From Octopus bimaculoides (lineage: Eukaryota), in contig NC_068993.1 in NCBI RefSeq assembly GCF_001194135.2, positions 42,530,287-42,594,286 on the forward strand: DNA of 64,000 bases. Reading direction: 5' to 3'. Under the pieces are notes generated by a model, which was not told the DNA's origin, did no database searches, and saw only the letters and a program-made list of their open reading frames with translations. Below are positions 13,001-25,379 of this stretch, piece after piece. Both the position numbers and the translations under genes were made by a program. How positions within the stretch are numbered: position 1 is the first letter of the stretch; the number at the start of each line of letters is the position of its first letter.

Positions 13001-13712
13001 TCACCGTTATGAAAACAACGAGTACAATATTACTAAGATGAAAGTCCCAAGTTTGCTCTTCATATAAATGTGTAATATATATAGAAACATATAGCGTAAA
13101 CTAAAACTCATATATATTTCCATAACATAGATAACAAAATTCTCTTGGGATAGAAATATTGTTGCTAGTTTTACACAGAATGTCAAAACTACTACTCTAA
13201 ATTATACATATCTAACAATAGAGCCGAAAGGAACAATGATAGCAATTAAGTTAGGGGCAATCAACTCAATTCTTGTCAATGAAACCTTTCATTGTTTCTG
13301 CTTGGTTAAACAACGTTTAATTACATGATTTATATATTATTATGCATCGAGTGAGAAGAAACAATCAGTACATAATTTGGCATAAGAACACATTTTCTAT
13401 CGTGCTTACTCAACCATCTCTATGCGATACAGTAATTAGCACTTGTTACGTCGCCTCTCATACCACCCATACGTACATGTGAGTTTCTCTTAATTGTTTT
13501 TGCACTGCATCAGAATTAAATAGAGAAATCTCAGAATATATTTTGAATATTTATATGTGGGTGAGTGTGCATAATTATATATATATAGAGAGAGAGAGAA
13601 AGGCACACAGAGAGAAATAAAGAAAGAAAGACGTAGATATGTATCTATATATGTAAGTATATATATATATAACATTTTTATATATAAATATAGGTAACTA
13701 TATGTATGTATA

Positions 13713-13752
<40 letters not shown>

Positions 13753-14957
13753 AATATAAATATATATATATACACACATATAGATGTGTGTATATTTGTA
13801 TGCGTGTGTGTATCTATGTATGCATGTATGTATACATGTATGTATGAGTTTATGCATGTTTTATAGTTAGACATATCTATGTATATGTGTTTCTCTCATG
13901 TATAGTCACACAAATAGCTATAATGATATACACGTATACATCATGATATATATTTTCCTTTATCGATAAAGCATACAGTTATATTAATGAGATCGTTATT
14001 AATAATATCAAAATCGTTATATGTCATGCTTTCATGCCTGTATTAATATCTAATATGAATATAATACTCGTATAAGAGGGCAATGATTACGTGAAATCAG
14101 TGCAACGTCTGATTAAACGCGTTACGGTCATAGTTTCGATCCGTTCTCATTTTAAATACAACAGATTTCGACCTTGTTTTATATAAATCTAAAATATGCA
14201 TCGGTTATAATCTACTTCTATAAAATATGTATCGATAATATGCAACATATATAAAATGAATATCAATAATCATCTAAGGGGATATATTTACTTTTTATTT
14301 TATATAATACTAATTTATACGATTACCAGTTTCAATCATTGTATTGCGGATATGGAATCCCAGCTTAAATTTCGCGATCATATCATTCACGTAAATGTCT
14401 TGGCACTTATCCTCTCAATCGCTTAAAGAAGACTCTCAGAGTCGATCTAGGAATGACGACATTGCCAGATCATAAAGGAACCATACAGTATACATGTTCG
14501 ATGCAGCACTGATTTTGAAATAGTATGATTTTCTGCCAAGCACGAAAACCCATGAAACCAATACAAAAACACTGTTGCCAATATTCGACTGAAGTCTTGG
14601 AAAGAAATGCCAGCTTCTCTTCGCTTACAGCATGGGAGTTTCTTCTACCGATCGGTGACAGATGTAACAATACATGTATAAACCAATAGTGTATAAATCA
14701 ATACATAAATATGAATGAATTTCGAGTCATTTCATATAAAGAAAACGTATTTTTTCGTTCATGATGTTTTTAATAATTGTTGAAAAAAATCATCAATTTT
14801 AGTGGAAGAGAAACGACTGATATAAAACGTTTGTAATTTTCCAGAAATTATTTGTCATTGAAGAATACTTAAATCGCATCGACTGTGAATCTGAGCAGTA
14901 TCGGAATTTTACGGGGCAAATAGATTGTATTGGCCTGTGGAGTTTATGTGAAGTGTT

Positions 14958-16139
14958 AACGAGGATATGCTGAAACATTCCTGGCTTTAAGGATATCGCG
15001 AAAGAGTAGAGCGATTACCGTTACAGGGGAGGTAGGACAACTATTTAGGAGGAGATATGCAATACATCATGATGGTATACAGTATATCTCTCTCTTTTTG
15101 CATGGTAGTAGCTCCTAAACTGGATTTTGATATAATTGAAGCACGACTGTCATGGTGAGATGAAGGACGTCTTGAAGGATAGCTGCCCATCTTATTCCAC
15201 AGGGAAAATCTAGGTTTTCAAGGTTTCGGACTGGTCGTTTCGAGGTCACACATGGACCTCGGTCAGGATGGCCAACTTCTGCGACCAAAACGGACAAAGA
15301 CGATGATGTGCACATCATGATTATCGAGGACCGCCGGATTTTATCTAAAGTAATAGCAAACACTCTGGATATTTCTCACGTAAGAGTTGGCCACATCATC
15401 CACAGCATTCTGGATATAAGAAAGATTTCCGCAATTTGTGTGACAAATGCTTGAACGCAGATTAGAAGTGCATCAGAGTGACGACATCAAAGGCGATTTC
15501 ATACCTGTTTGCAGCAGGAGATGCTGATTTTATGGCTTGTTTCGTCATCATGGATGAAGCATGGTTTCATACTTGTGATCCCCAGACCGACCAGCAATCA
15601 ATAGAGTGGCGCCACAGCAGTTACCCGTATCCCCAGAAGTTTCGGACCAAGAACTCAGCTGGAAAGATTCTGGCTTCAGTGTTCTGGAACAAAGATGGAG
15701 TACTCCTCACAAAGTACCTTCCAAAAGGTCACACTATCTACGCAGAATACCACATGTTTCGGTTGGACGAACAGCATGAAGCTTTGAAGTAGAATCTCCG
15801 TGGAAAGGTGAGGCGTAGTGACCTGTTTTTGAAAGATGGTGCACCAGCACACGCACTATATTAAACTCTACAGAATATACGCGACCTTAGCTTGGAATTG
15901 GTAAACCACCCACTCTCTTGGCTTGGTCCCTTCCGGTTATCACCTCTTTTCACAACAGAAGAAACATCTCGAGGGATTGAAATTTCACTCCGATTCGGAA
16001 GTGATCGCTAATCTTTAGAAAAAGTGAAGGATAACTGCAATATGTGAGTGGATCTCAAAAAGTGATATGTTGAATAAAATCATAATTAACTGCTCGTCTT
16101 TATTACCCAAAGCCAGAAACGTTTCAGCATACTATTGTA
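14958..16139 (+). mobile_element. Mariner (DD34D-type) transposon, near full length, transposase disrupted
   Basis: Imperfect ~31 bp TIRs (aacgaggatatgctgaaacattcctggcttt / aaagccagaaacgtttcagcatactattgta). Translation gives GPRSGWP, HIIHSILDIRKISA, MDEAWFHTCDPQT, KILASVFWNKDGVL and DGAPAH, with stops and frameshifts. Confidence 0.93.
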
Positions 16140-16409
16140 TTATACAGAAGTCCCTTGATTTTGAAGAATGTCATTATAAATTCATGAGGATGTTGTTCTA
16201 GGTGTAGAGAAAGACATATCTCATTGTTGAGAGAGGACACATATCCACGTGAGAGGTATGAAGTTCAACGTTTAACAAGATATGGTCAATGGAATTCATC
16301 CGAAGGTGGGGAGTAAAATGCTGGTCCCCAAGTTTTACACAGTTCTTTTGCATACATCAAGGAAATGTTTATAGAATATAATAAACAGCACAATTTGCAT
16401 AAGTCTTCT

Positions 16410-16516
16410 TTAACCAATTCCTAATAACTTAATTGTAAAAAGTATCAAATTGCTGCGAGGGGCCACTAAGGCAAAATAAGAATCATAGTGAAGAAAACAT
16501 AGTTCAGAACCACTGC
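16410..16516. mobile_element. Possible hAT/Charlie-type MITE end
   Basis: gggggccactaagg followed by gttcagaaccactg (reverse complement of a CAGTGGTTCT-type TIR); no partner TIR found. Confidence 0.3.
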
Positions 16517-17070
16517 TTTTGAGAGTCACTCCTTCTAAATGTTATACATATATAGCCTGAAGAACCAAGTAATTTGTAAAGTGTCTTAACTACAAAGAAA
16601 CACTATACTGCTGAAATCTGGATTGATTGTTTCATAATTTACCACAAAACCACGCGCTTTGATTTATTCTAATAATCCAAAACGTTTCCAGTATCCAGTA
16701 ATATTTACATTAGAATTAATGAAACGTTACATGGATAACAAAATAAATTTCCATGTAGACTATTGTGAGATAGATTTCAGATACTTCACCTTTATTCGGT
16801 GCGTTCCGTCCATGGATTAACATTTGTTTGATAAATTCTAATTTGTGCCTGCTCCGTATATTGCTTGATAGTTTCCGGCAAGCCGGTTTTACAGGACGTT
16901 CATTTTTCACTTGAATAATTTATATATTGTAACTGTATTTTATGATGTTATCAATAGGCTTTAGAGGTTTTACCTCATGCAGTATTTAAAAACCTGCTGT
17001 ACAACAGGCGATTTCATCTTCAGGTAATGGATCGAATTTCCTAAATCAGTGACTTACTATTTGTACGAAG

Positions 17071-17432
17071 TACCATATTTGATGGTCTATAAGACGCACG
17101 AGCGCATAGGACGCACCCTAGCCTAGGCTATACTTTTGTAAAATAAATTACCACTAAAATAATGCTTTAAATTTTCCATTTACTTGTATAACTTTGTTTT
17201 TACCGGTAATTATAAGCAATCTATTGCATCCACATTCGATATAAACATACCGTAGGCGATTGTTCACCAATAGATGTTCACCAATAGATGGCAGCACACG
17301 TTTTGTAAACATACATACCGTAGGCGGGTTTTGAGTCTACATAGAGTGCATTCGATGCAGGGGGGAGGAATTAAAGTCATTTGGGGTTAAAAAAAAAAGC
17401 GGGGTGCGTCTCATAGCGCATCAAATAGGGTA
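17071..17432. mobile_element. pogo/Tigger-type MITE (362 bp)
   Basis: TIRs taccatatttgatggtctataagacgcac and gtgcgtctcatagcgcatcaaatagggta (reverse complement taccctatttgatgcgctatgagacgcac); TA ends; no coding capacity. Confidence 0.85.
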
Positions 17433-20400
17433 TTTACATTTCTTATAAGTTTCGTCTCAATTTCGATAATTCGTAACTTTTTCTTCATATTTTCTAATTG
17501 CATGCTTGTTAACAGACTGCTGCTATAATGTAGATTACGATTAAATTTATACATAACTCTTACAAATTTGTTGTTGGCACAGTTGTCGGAAGTGTCTGCG
17601 GTTGGCACAGTTGCCTGATTTAACAATGTAATTTCATTATATTTCTGTATAAATGTGTGATTTCTTGCCTTCTTATTTCAAAGTAACATTCGAGAAAATC
17701 GTGTGAAATTGATAAAGGCAAACATTAATTTATAGAGATTGAAGTTGTTAATTGTAACGTTATTGGTGATAATAATGTCTATAATCATATTAATATGAAT
17801 TTATTAAGAGCTTTTGACAAACATAAATGTGATTGTAGTGGAAAAACCTACATTATTAAGTCACGCTGATTTCATTATTTGTTTATAATTTATTTATTTA
17901 TTTTGTCTCCATTTCTGATAAGTACCATATTAATTTCTAGGTTCCTTTGATACGAAATTGTTTTTAGTCGTACGGGTTTTTTTTAATTCAAATAGATATA
18001 GCAAAAATGCTTTTTCTATGAGAATCACAGCTTTGCATTCATACTGATGATTATATATTCTGCCAACGGTGTCGTCATACTATCAATATTTTGCAATTAA
18101 GTGGTAACAGATAACAAAAGTATGCGTGAATGAATAGGCTCACATTTCCATGAATATATTCATACATACGCATATATATATATATATTTATATGCATGTA
18201 TACGCACACATAAATATATATAATTATATATGTATAATTATATATGCCTTTGTGTATATGTGTGTCTGTGTGTCTGTATGCAATATGTAGCAAAAACTAG
18301 AAAGGTGGGGAATGTGAGAGGCTTAGAGATTGATCGGTTGGTATTTTTGCATTGATTTATTGGCCGATATAACTTTTTGATTATTTATACGCAGATAAAT
18401 ACAAACACCAACAGAGAGAATATGCTAATTCACTACTTTATTCATTTCATAGTAAGACATCATTGTAAAAGTTAACAGTATGTATTATTAGATGCGATTT
18501 GTCAGTGAATGAAAACATCTCCCATTCTTGTAAAATATTTACTACATTCGCCATCGAAATGAAAGGTTGATTTAATGACATAGGAAAATAATTGATTTTG
18601 TTGGCACTCCTAACTCATTTTAGGTTTCTTATCATGGAAACAGTGAAAGTCAATAAAATAAATTTGATGGCTTTTTCGATAATTTCAAGATATAAGCAAG
18701 GGTAAGTGTGAAAGCGACACATCTACAACTTTGTAGAAACGAAATTAGAAACTGTTTCGAAGAAAAGCAACCATCTGCGTCATTTAAATGGAACTTCTAT
18801 ACTGAACTGAAAGAATAATAAGCAGATGTCAGAATATAGTTATTTTCCCTTCGTAAGAAATTTTGAATAATTAAGAGCCCGCACCAAAATAATTAACAAT
18901 CATTAACGCATGTGAATGTTCTTACCGCTTAAATCAATAAGCTTGTAAAAAGAATAAAAACTCTTACCAGAGATATCAATTTAGAAAGAAGCAAACAAAG
19001 AATAAATTTAAATGACCTAAAACAAAGAGGAATATAAATAATAACCAATCATATTTGCAGATTCTGGTTAACGATAGCAGTGACATCAAGTTGCGGCCGA
19101 ATATGTTAACCTTGTATCATGAATATTTATATCATTAATACTGCTTATATTTCACCACAGCTCGTTTCCAGCGTTTTAGTTTGCTTTTAATCGTTTTCTA
19201 CCTCCATTGCCAAATAAAATCTCTAAAATCTTATCATTATCATTAACATCGTAATTATTATTTTCATATCAATCTTTCTTTCTTCAATATAGAATATATT
19301 AAGTCACTGATTTTGTCTCGTACAATATTTGAGTTATGCTACTTCTCAACTGCCAATGAAGACTACAGTACTCAGCTGCCATTGTTTAGTCAATACTTAT
19401 AACATTTTTAATACATACACATAGCGTCTTAGAATACTACTTGTTTTTCAGAAAGCATTCATCAGAATACTAAGTGTTCTACAGAGACTCCTCAATCATT
19501 GAACGATATTTCACCGAGATATTAATGCAAATTGTACTCTTTTAACACGACATCCAACATATTAGCAGTCTCTGCAAGAATATCATATTTAAAATTCTTG
19601 TCTTTAATAAAATATTTATTCTATCGCAATAACCTCTTGTTTGTTAATGCCACCTTTGCAACAGCTTAACTAATGTCCACAAACACCACTTAATATACCG
19701 TTTCGTCTCTGTATAATTATTTAATTGGTGATACATTAGAGTGGTTTGCTATGCCTGTAAACTAACTAAACATTATTCATTAATTACGAGATACGTGCTA
19801 TTGTCAGAGACCGACTGTAGCAACCAGTAGTAGAATAAAAGCCGTTGGCTGTCCAACCCAATGCACTATCTCATGTTACAGAAAACCACTCACGACGATG
19901 AAAGGGCTGTGTGTTTGGGGTTTTTAACCTTTGTTTTAAAGCATAAAGGGTCCTTCATAGAGTTTTAATGAAATTCAGATATTCTGTAATTCAATTTGGT
20001 TTTGAGTTTCAAATCAACGATGGAAATACATGTAATATGTACTGATTTTATTAAAAACGCATATTTAAAATATTCACTAATGTATAATAACACTGAACAT
20101 TAGATATTTTCTCTCCGTGATTAATAGGATCCCGGTATTTTTTAACTTCCTACCTGCTAATAAATTTATTGACTTTCATTTTATTTCTATTTAATTCTTT
20201 TTTGCCTTATCTTCAGCTTCAATTGATTTCGCTTAACATCTGATGGTGCTTATTTAATTTTAATGAACAGTTTTCATGATTTGTCATGTTTTTAAGCTTA
20301 TAAAATTGATTAAAATTCAAATATACAGCGAAACCTTACTGCGCTGATATTAATTTAAATTAAATTCTGTCGGTGTTACCGCCATATAATTGTCGAGAAG

Positions 20401-21274
20401 AATTTCAAAATAACTTTCGGAATGGTTTTGCTTCACACATTTTCATTATAGTAACCATTTCATTGTATTGTAGCTTCGTTATAATAATTATTATTTCTAT
20501 AAAAATGAAGAAACAAGTAATTTTCATTAATTCATTTCCTTTTTATTTATTTATTTATTAATACTTTATATATTCCTTCCAGAAAAGCAAAAGCAAATAA
20601 AAAATATTTCCAGTATTTTCCAATAATTTCAATGGGAGCATATTTAATACAAGTCATCTGTGAAAGACCTTGTCAATATATATTTACTAGTGTAGCTAGC
20701 TACTTAAAAATCAATTTTAAAACAAAGGAAAATAAAACTCGGCAACGATGTTGCATTTATTTAATGCTGATTGTGAGTTCAACACCATCATAAATGATTT
20801 CAAACAAGATCAAAATAATTTACATTCCATGTTGCTGAGAATAAACAATTATATATGTGTATTATACCTTATAGAAATTTCAAGAGCTTATTTCAAATTT
20901 CACCAATGATAAGGTACTTTATATGGAATACATATTGTAATGGGGAGCTACAGTATTCACTGAAGCGATTATCAGTACTGGAAAAAATAACATTATATCT
21001 GAAATATACTTAGCATGTGTGTTTGTAAACACATATGTGTACACCCACATACACACACATATACAAGCAGAATCTGTAAGTAGAAGAATAAAAATATTCA
21101 AGCCTTGAATTTTTGTTTCCAACTTATGTCGGCATTTTTCAAAGAATACTTTTAGCAAATATTAAAGACAAATCCTCAGTAAACCAATCTAGTGTTGGTC
21201 AAGGATATTTTGTCTCTCTTAAGAACCTGCCTACATTTGCTGTTCGATGATTTTCTTACCCTTGATCGTTCTGT

Positions 21275-21403
21275 CTCTCCATCGCTCTCTCTGTCTCTCT
21301 CTCTCTCATTCTCTCGCTCTCTCTTTCTCTCTGTCTCTCTCTTCCTCTCTCTCTCTGTCTCTCTTCCTTTCTCTTTGTCTCTTTCTTCCTTTCTCTTTGT
21401 CTC

Positions 21404-21436
<33 letters not shown>

Positions 21437-21890
21437 CTTTCAAACTTTACATGATCGTTTCAACTTCTCTTAACTCGTATGCAGTTACTAAACAGTCTTG
21501 TTGATATTACCACCTTGAAAAATGGCGAAATAAATTTAATATTCCAGGAAAAAATCCTGGGCAACTAAGCAACTAAACTAAACTTTGTGTGCGTGTTTGT
21601 GTATGAGTGTGTGTGTGTGTGTGTGTTGCTCTTCTTAATAATATTCTTACTCTCTTAACGGATCGAGTGCTCAACTACGCGTTGAATTTCATAACGCACG
21701 CACACACACACACACATACACACACAAACACACACATGCATGGACATATATGTAGCACTTGTATACACACATACGTGTATGTGTGTATGTGTATAAATGT
21801 GTATGTGTGTATGTATATATATATACATACACACACGCACACACACATCTGTGTGTAAGAGTGGATCCAAATGCGTGTGTGTCGGTGATG
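21275..21890. repeat. Degenerate (TC)n tract and mixed (TG)/(CA) tracts
   Basis: Directly visible. Confidence 0.9.
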
Positions 21891-23217
21891 GAGTTGGTTG
21901 AGAGCTGTAGCGAAATTTGTCAATAAATATAGCAACTTAATATGTTATGGTTGAAGCTAACCACTAAAAATATCCTGCTTTTATGTTTGTTTCAACATTG
22001 CGTAATATATCAAAACTAAAGTTATGGCCAAATATACGGGAGACATTAAATATACACCACCTATTGAGAAAATAATATAATAATTATACAATAATTGCGA
22101 GATAATGATGATAATGAACCTTTGTATGAAGAAGTTTACAACAAATAATATAAATAATGCGTTTAAATAGTATTTTACAGAGAGAAAGTTAATAACAGAT
22201 TCTAGCAAAATAACACGTTAAGACGTAGTCAATAAACTGTACAGTGTTGCGTCTAATGAATGCTTTAAAGATTAATTAGGTGCTTCTCTCTCAATGGGTA
22301 ACGTAAGAAATAGATTTAATTAATCTTATATGAACCAAAGCATCATATCAAAAGATTATCGTCATTTGAAAAGGATTTATGATTATAATGTAAGTTATTA
22401 TGCATGAATATAAAAATTGTTAGACATCATCAATATAGCTTCTATAAAAGTGTCTTGATTCATGTTTTATCTGCTTGTTAAAAAAAATGTACCTTTTAAA
22501 ATTTTGAGGGTAAGCATTTTACAAACAAAATCCTGTGTAGAAAAACTCTATCTGTTAACGAAACACCAACACCATATCACCGTAGTAAAATTCTGGCACT
22601 ATTTCTTCAGTGTCTAACTGAATAAATTTGACAGGACTAAATGTGAAGCCGAATACATCGAATTATATTTCGCCCTTATAGAAAAGCAGCGACCGATCTA
22701 AGTAATTGCATACATTTGAAATAGCATGAATTCAATGACTGACCAGAATAAGAATGCCAAATGATTAGAAAAGCGCATTTTATCGTGTAAAAGCCCATAA
22801 TAATTGCGATATGACCTTGTTCGTGCAAATTATGTTTAATGTATCTATTGTGAGTTATTTCGTTGAGAACGTCTTTCCATAACATACTTTACACTTATGC
22901 ATACGTTGCAGCTTATGTATAGGTGGAGAAATTATATTTTGTAGCAGATAGACTAAATCATTGAAGTTCAAGAATTAAATGCACATCAAATGCACATTAA
23001 ATATATTCAAGTAGCTGACTGACTACATCATTTTCTAATAGCAAATCACAGTGTGCAAGCTATTTCGTAATTGATCAATACTAAAACTGAAGCCATTATT
23101 ACTTTTCATTTAGGTGAAATATAAGGCTGAACATACTCTAATTTCTTTGGTTGCTGTTTTCGTGAAGAGTTGTATAGATAGATATATGTGTGTGTCTATG
23201 TATGTATACACACACAC

Positions 23218-23269
<52 letters not shown>

Positions 23270-23654
23270 GTAGGTATGTAAGTATGTATACATGTATGTG
23301 TGTGTGTATATTATATTATATTAAGGGAACTATTACAGGTAAATGCCTCACGTTATGAAGAACTCTTAAAGTAAAAACTATCATAATAGATATACAGTGT
23401 ACCGGCAGCGAGGGAATGCAACTTGGAAGCCGTCCTTTAAAAACAGATTCAGCTGCAAATCATATGATTTCATAGTTAGTGTACATAATCCATTTTCTAA
23501 TCGTCAGTGCAGGCATAATCAAGACACATGTGTAGTAATGCCTTTAATATAATAAATGTATTGAAAGGGAATGATTATAAATTTTTCCTTTATATGGTTT
23601 TCACGTTGACTACTTGATAGATTCTTATATATATTTTATCCTATATTCAATTTT

Positions 23655-23663
23655 GTGTGTGCG

Positions 23664-23742
<79 letters not shown>
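23655..23742. repeat. (GT)n microsatellite
   Basis: Directly visible. Confidence 0.97.
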
Positions 23743-23744
<2 letters not shown>

Positions 23745-23894
23745 TAAATGAAAGACAGAAGATGCAATATACGAGAATTTATTATTAATCATGGCAATTG
23801 TTTCGACACATGTAGCATCGATCCCTCATAGGTGGGTCACTTAACAACTAGTTCAGGAGCATCCGGCTGTGCAGACGTGTCTCAGCGGATGATA

Positions 23895-24290
23895 AATAGA
23901 TATGATAAACGCTCATGCAGAGAAATATCAAAATGCCCATTGATGAACCTCTGTATGAGTACAAACCTTGTATATAAATGTGCCGTTCATACAAGGGGAG
24001 GGCCGTGTGTTTACATTGGTCACACGGCTGATTCGTTTAAGAATTGTTATTGTAACCATGCCGCCAGCTTCAATAGACGTTCAACATCTTTGGTTGATTT
24101 TGTAAGGTGACTGAAGGAGTATAAAATTAAGTACAACATAACTTGGTCCGCCACGCCTAACCATACAATATCATTTCCAGGAGACGCCGTCTCTGCTCCG
24201 AGGAATCCCTGTCTATTCTGTGGACCAATGAGAATATCATTAATAGAATTTCTGAAAGGCTCTCATAATGCCTACACGCATATAAATGTA
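23895..24290 (+). mobile_element. Penelope-like element, GIY-YIG endonuclease fragment
   Basis: RSCREISKCPLMNLCMSTNLVYKCAV...VYIGHTADSFKNCYCNHAASF...STSL, then LKEYKIKYNITW and RRRRLCSEESLSILW...NIINRISE...CLHAYK: the CxR..CP / VY / YIG / NH..SF / RCxLC..E pattern of PLE GIY-YIG domains. Confidence 0.88.
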
Positions 24291-25328
24291 CAATGCGCCG
24301 GGAATGAATGTAAGTAACTTTTATATATATANNNNNNNNNNNNNNNNNNNNNNNNNNNNNNNNNNNNNNNNNNNNNNNNNNNNNNNNNNNNNNNNNNNNN
24401 NNNNNNNNNNNNNNNNNNNNNNNNNNNNNNNNNNNNNNNNNNNNNNNNNNNNNNNNNNNNNNNNNNNNNNNNNNNNNNNNNNNNNNNNNNNNNNNNNNNN
24501 NNNNNNNNNNNNNNNNNNNNNNNNNNNNNNNNNNNNNNNNNNNNNNNNNNNNNNNNNNNNNNNNNNNNNNNNNNNNNNNNNNNNNNNNNNNNNNNNNNNN
24601 NNNNNNNNNNNNNNNNNNNNNNNNNNNNNNNNNNNNNNNNNNNNNNNNNNNNNNNNNNNNNNNNNNNNNNNNNNNNNNNNNNNNNNNNNNNNNNNNNNNN
24701 NNNNNNNNNNNNNNNNNNNNNNNNNNNNNNNNNNNNNNNNNNNNNNNNNNNNNNNNNNNNNNNNNNNNNNNNNNNNNNNNNNNNNNNNNNNNNNNNNNNN
24801 NNNNNNNNNNNNNNNNNNNNNNNNNNNNNNNNNNNNNNNNNNNNNNNNNNNNNNNNNNNNNNNNNNNNNNNNNNNNNNNNNNNNNNNNNNNNNNNNNNNN
24901 NNNNNNNNNNNNNNNNNNNNNNNNNNNNNNNNNNNNNNNNNNNNNNNNNNNNNNNNNNNNNNNNNNNNNNNNNNNNNNNNNNNNNNNNNNNNNNNNNNNN
25001 NNNNNNNNNNNNNNNNNNNNNNNNNNNNNNNNNNNNNNNNNNNNNNNNNNNNNNNNNNNNNNNNNNNNNNNNNNNNNNNNNNNNNNNNNNNNNNNNNNNN
25101 NNNNNNNNNNNNNNNNNNNNNNNNNNNNNNNNNNNNNNNNNNNNNNNNNNNNNNNNNNNNNNNNNNNNNNNNNNNNNNNNNNNNNNNNNNNNNNNNNNNN
25201 NNNNNNNNNNNNNNNNNNNNNNNNNNNNNNNNNNNNNNNNNNNNNNNNNNNNNNNNNNNNNNNNNNNNNNNNNNNNNNNNNNNNNNNNNNNNNNNNNNNN
25301 NNNNNNNNNNNNNNNNNNNNNNNNNNNN

Positions 25329-25379
<51 letters not shown>

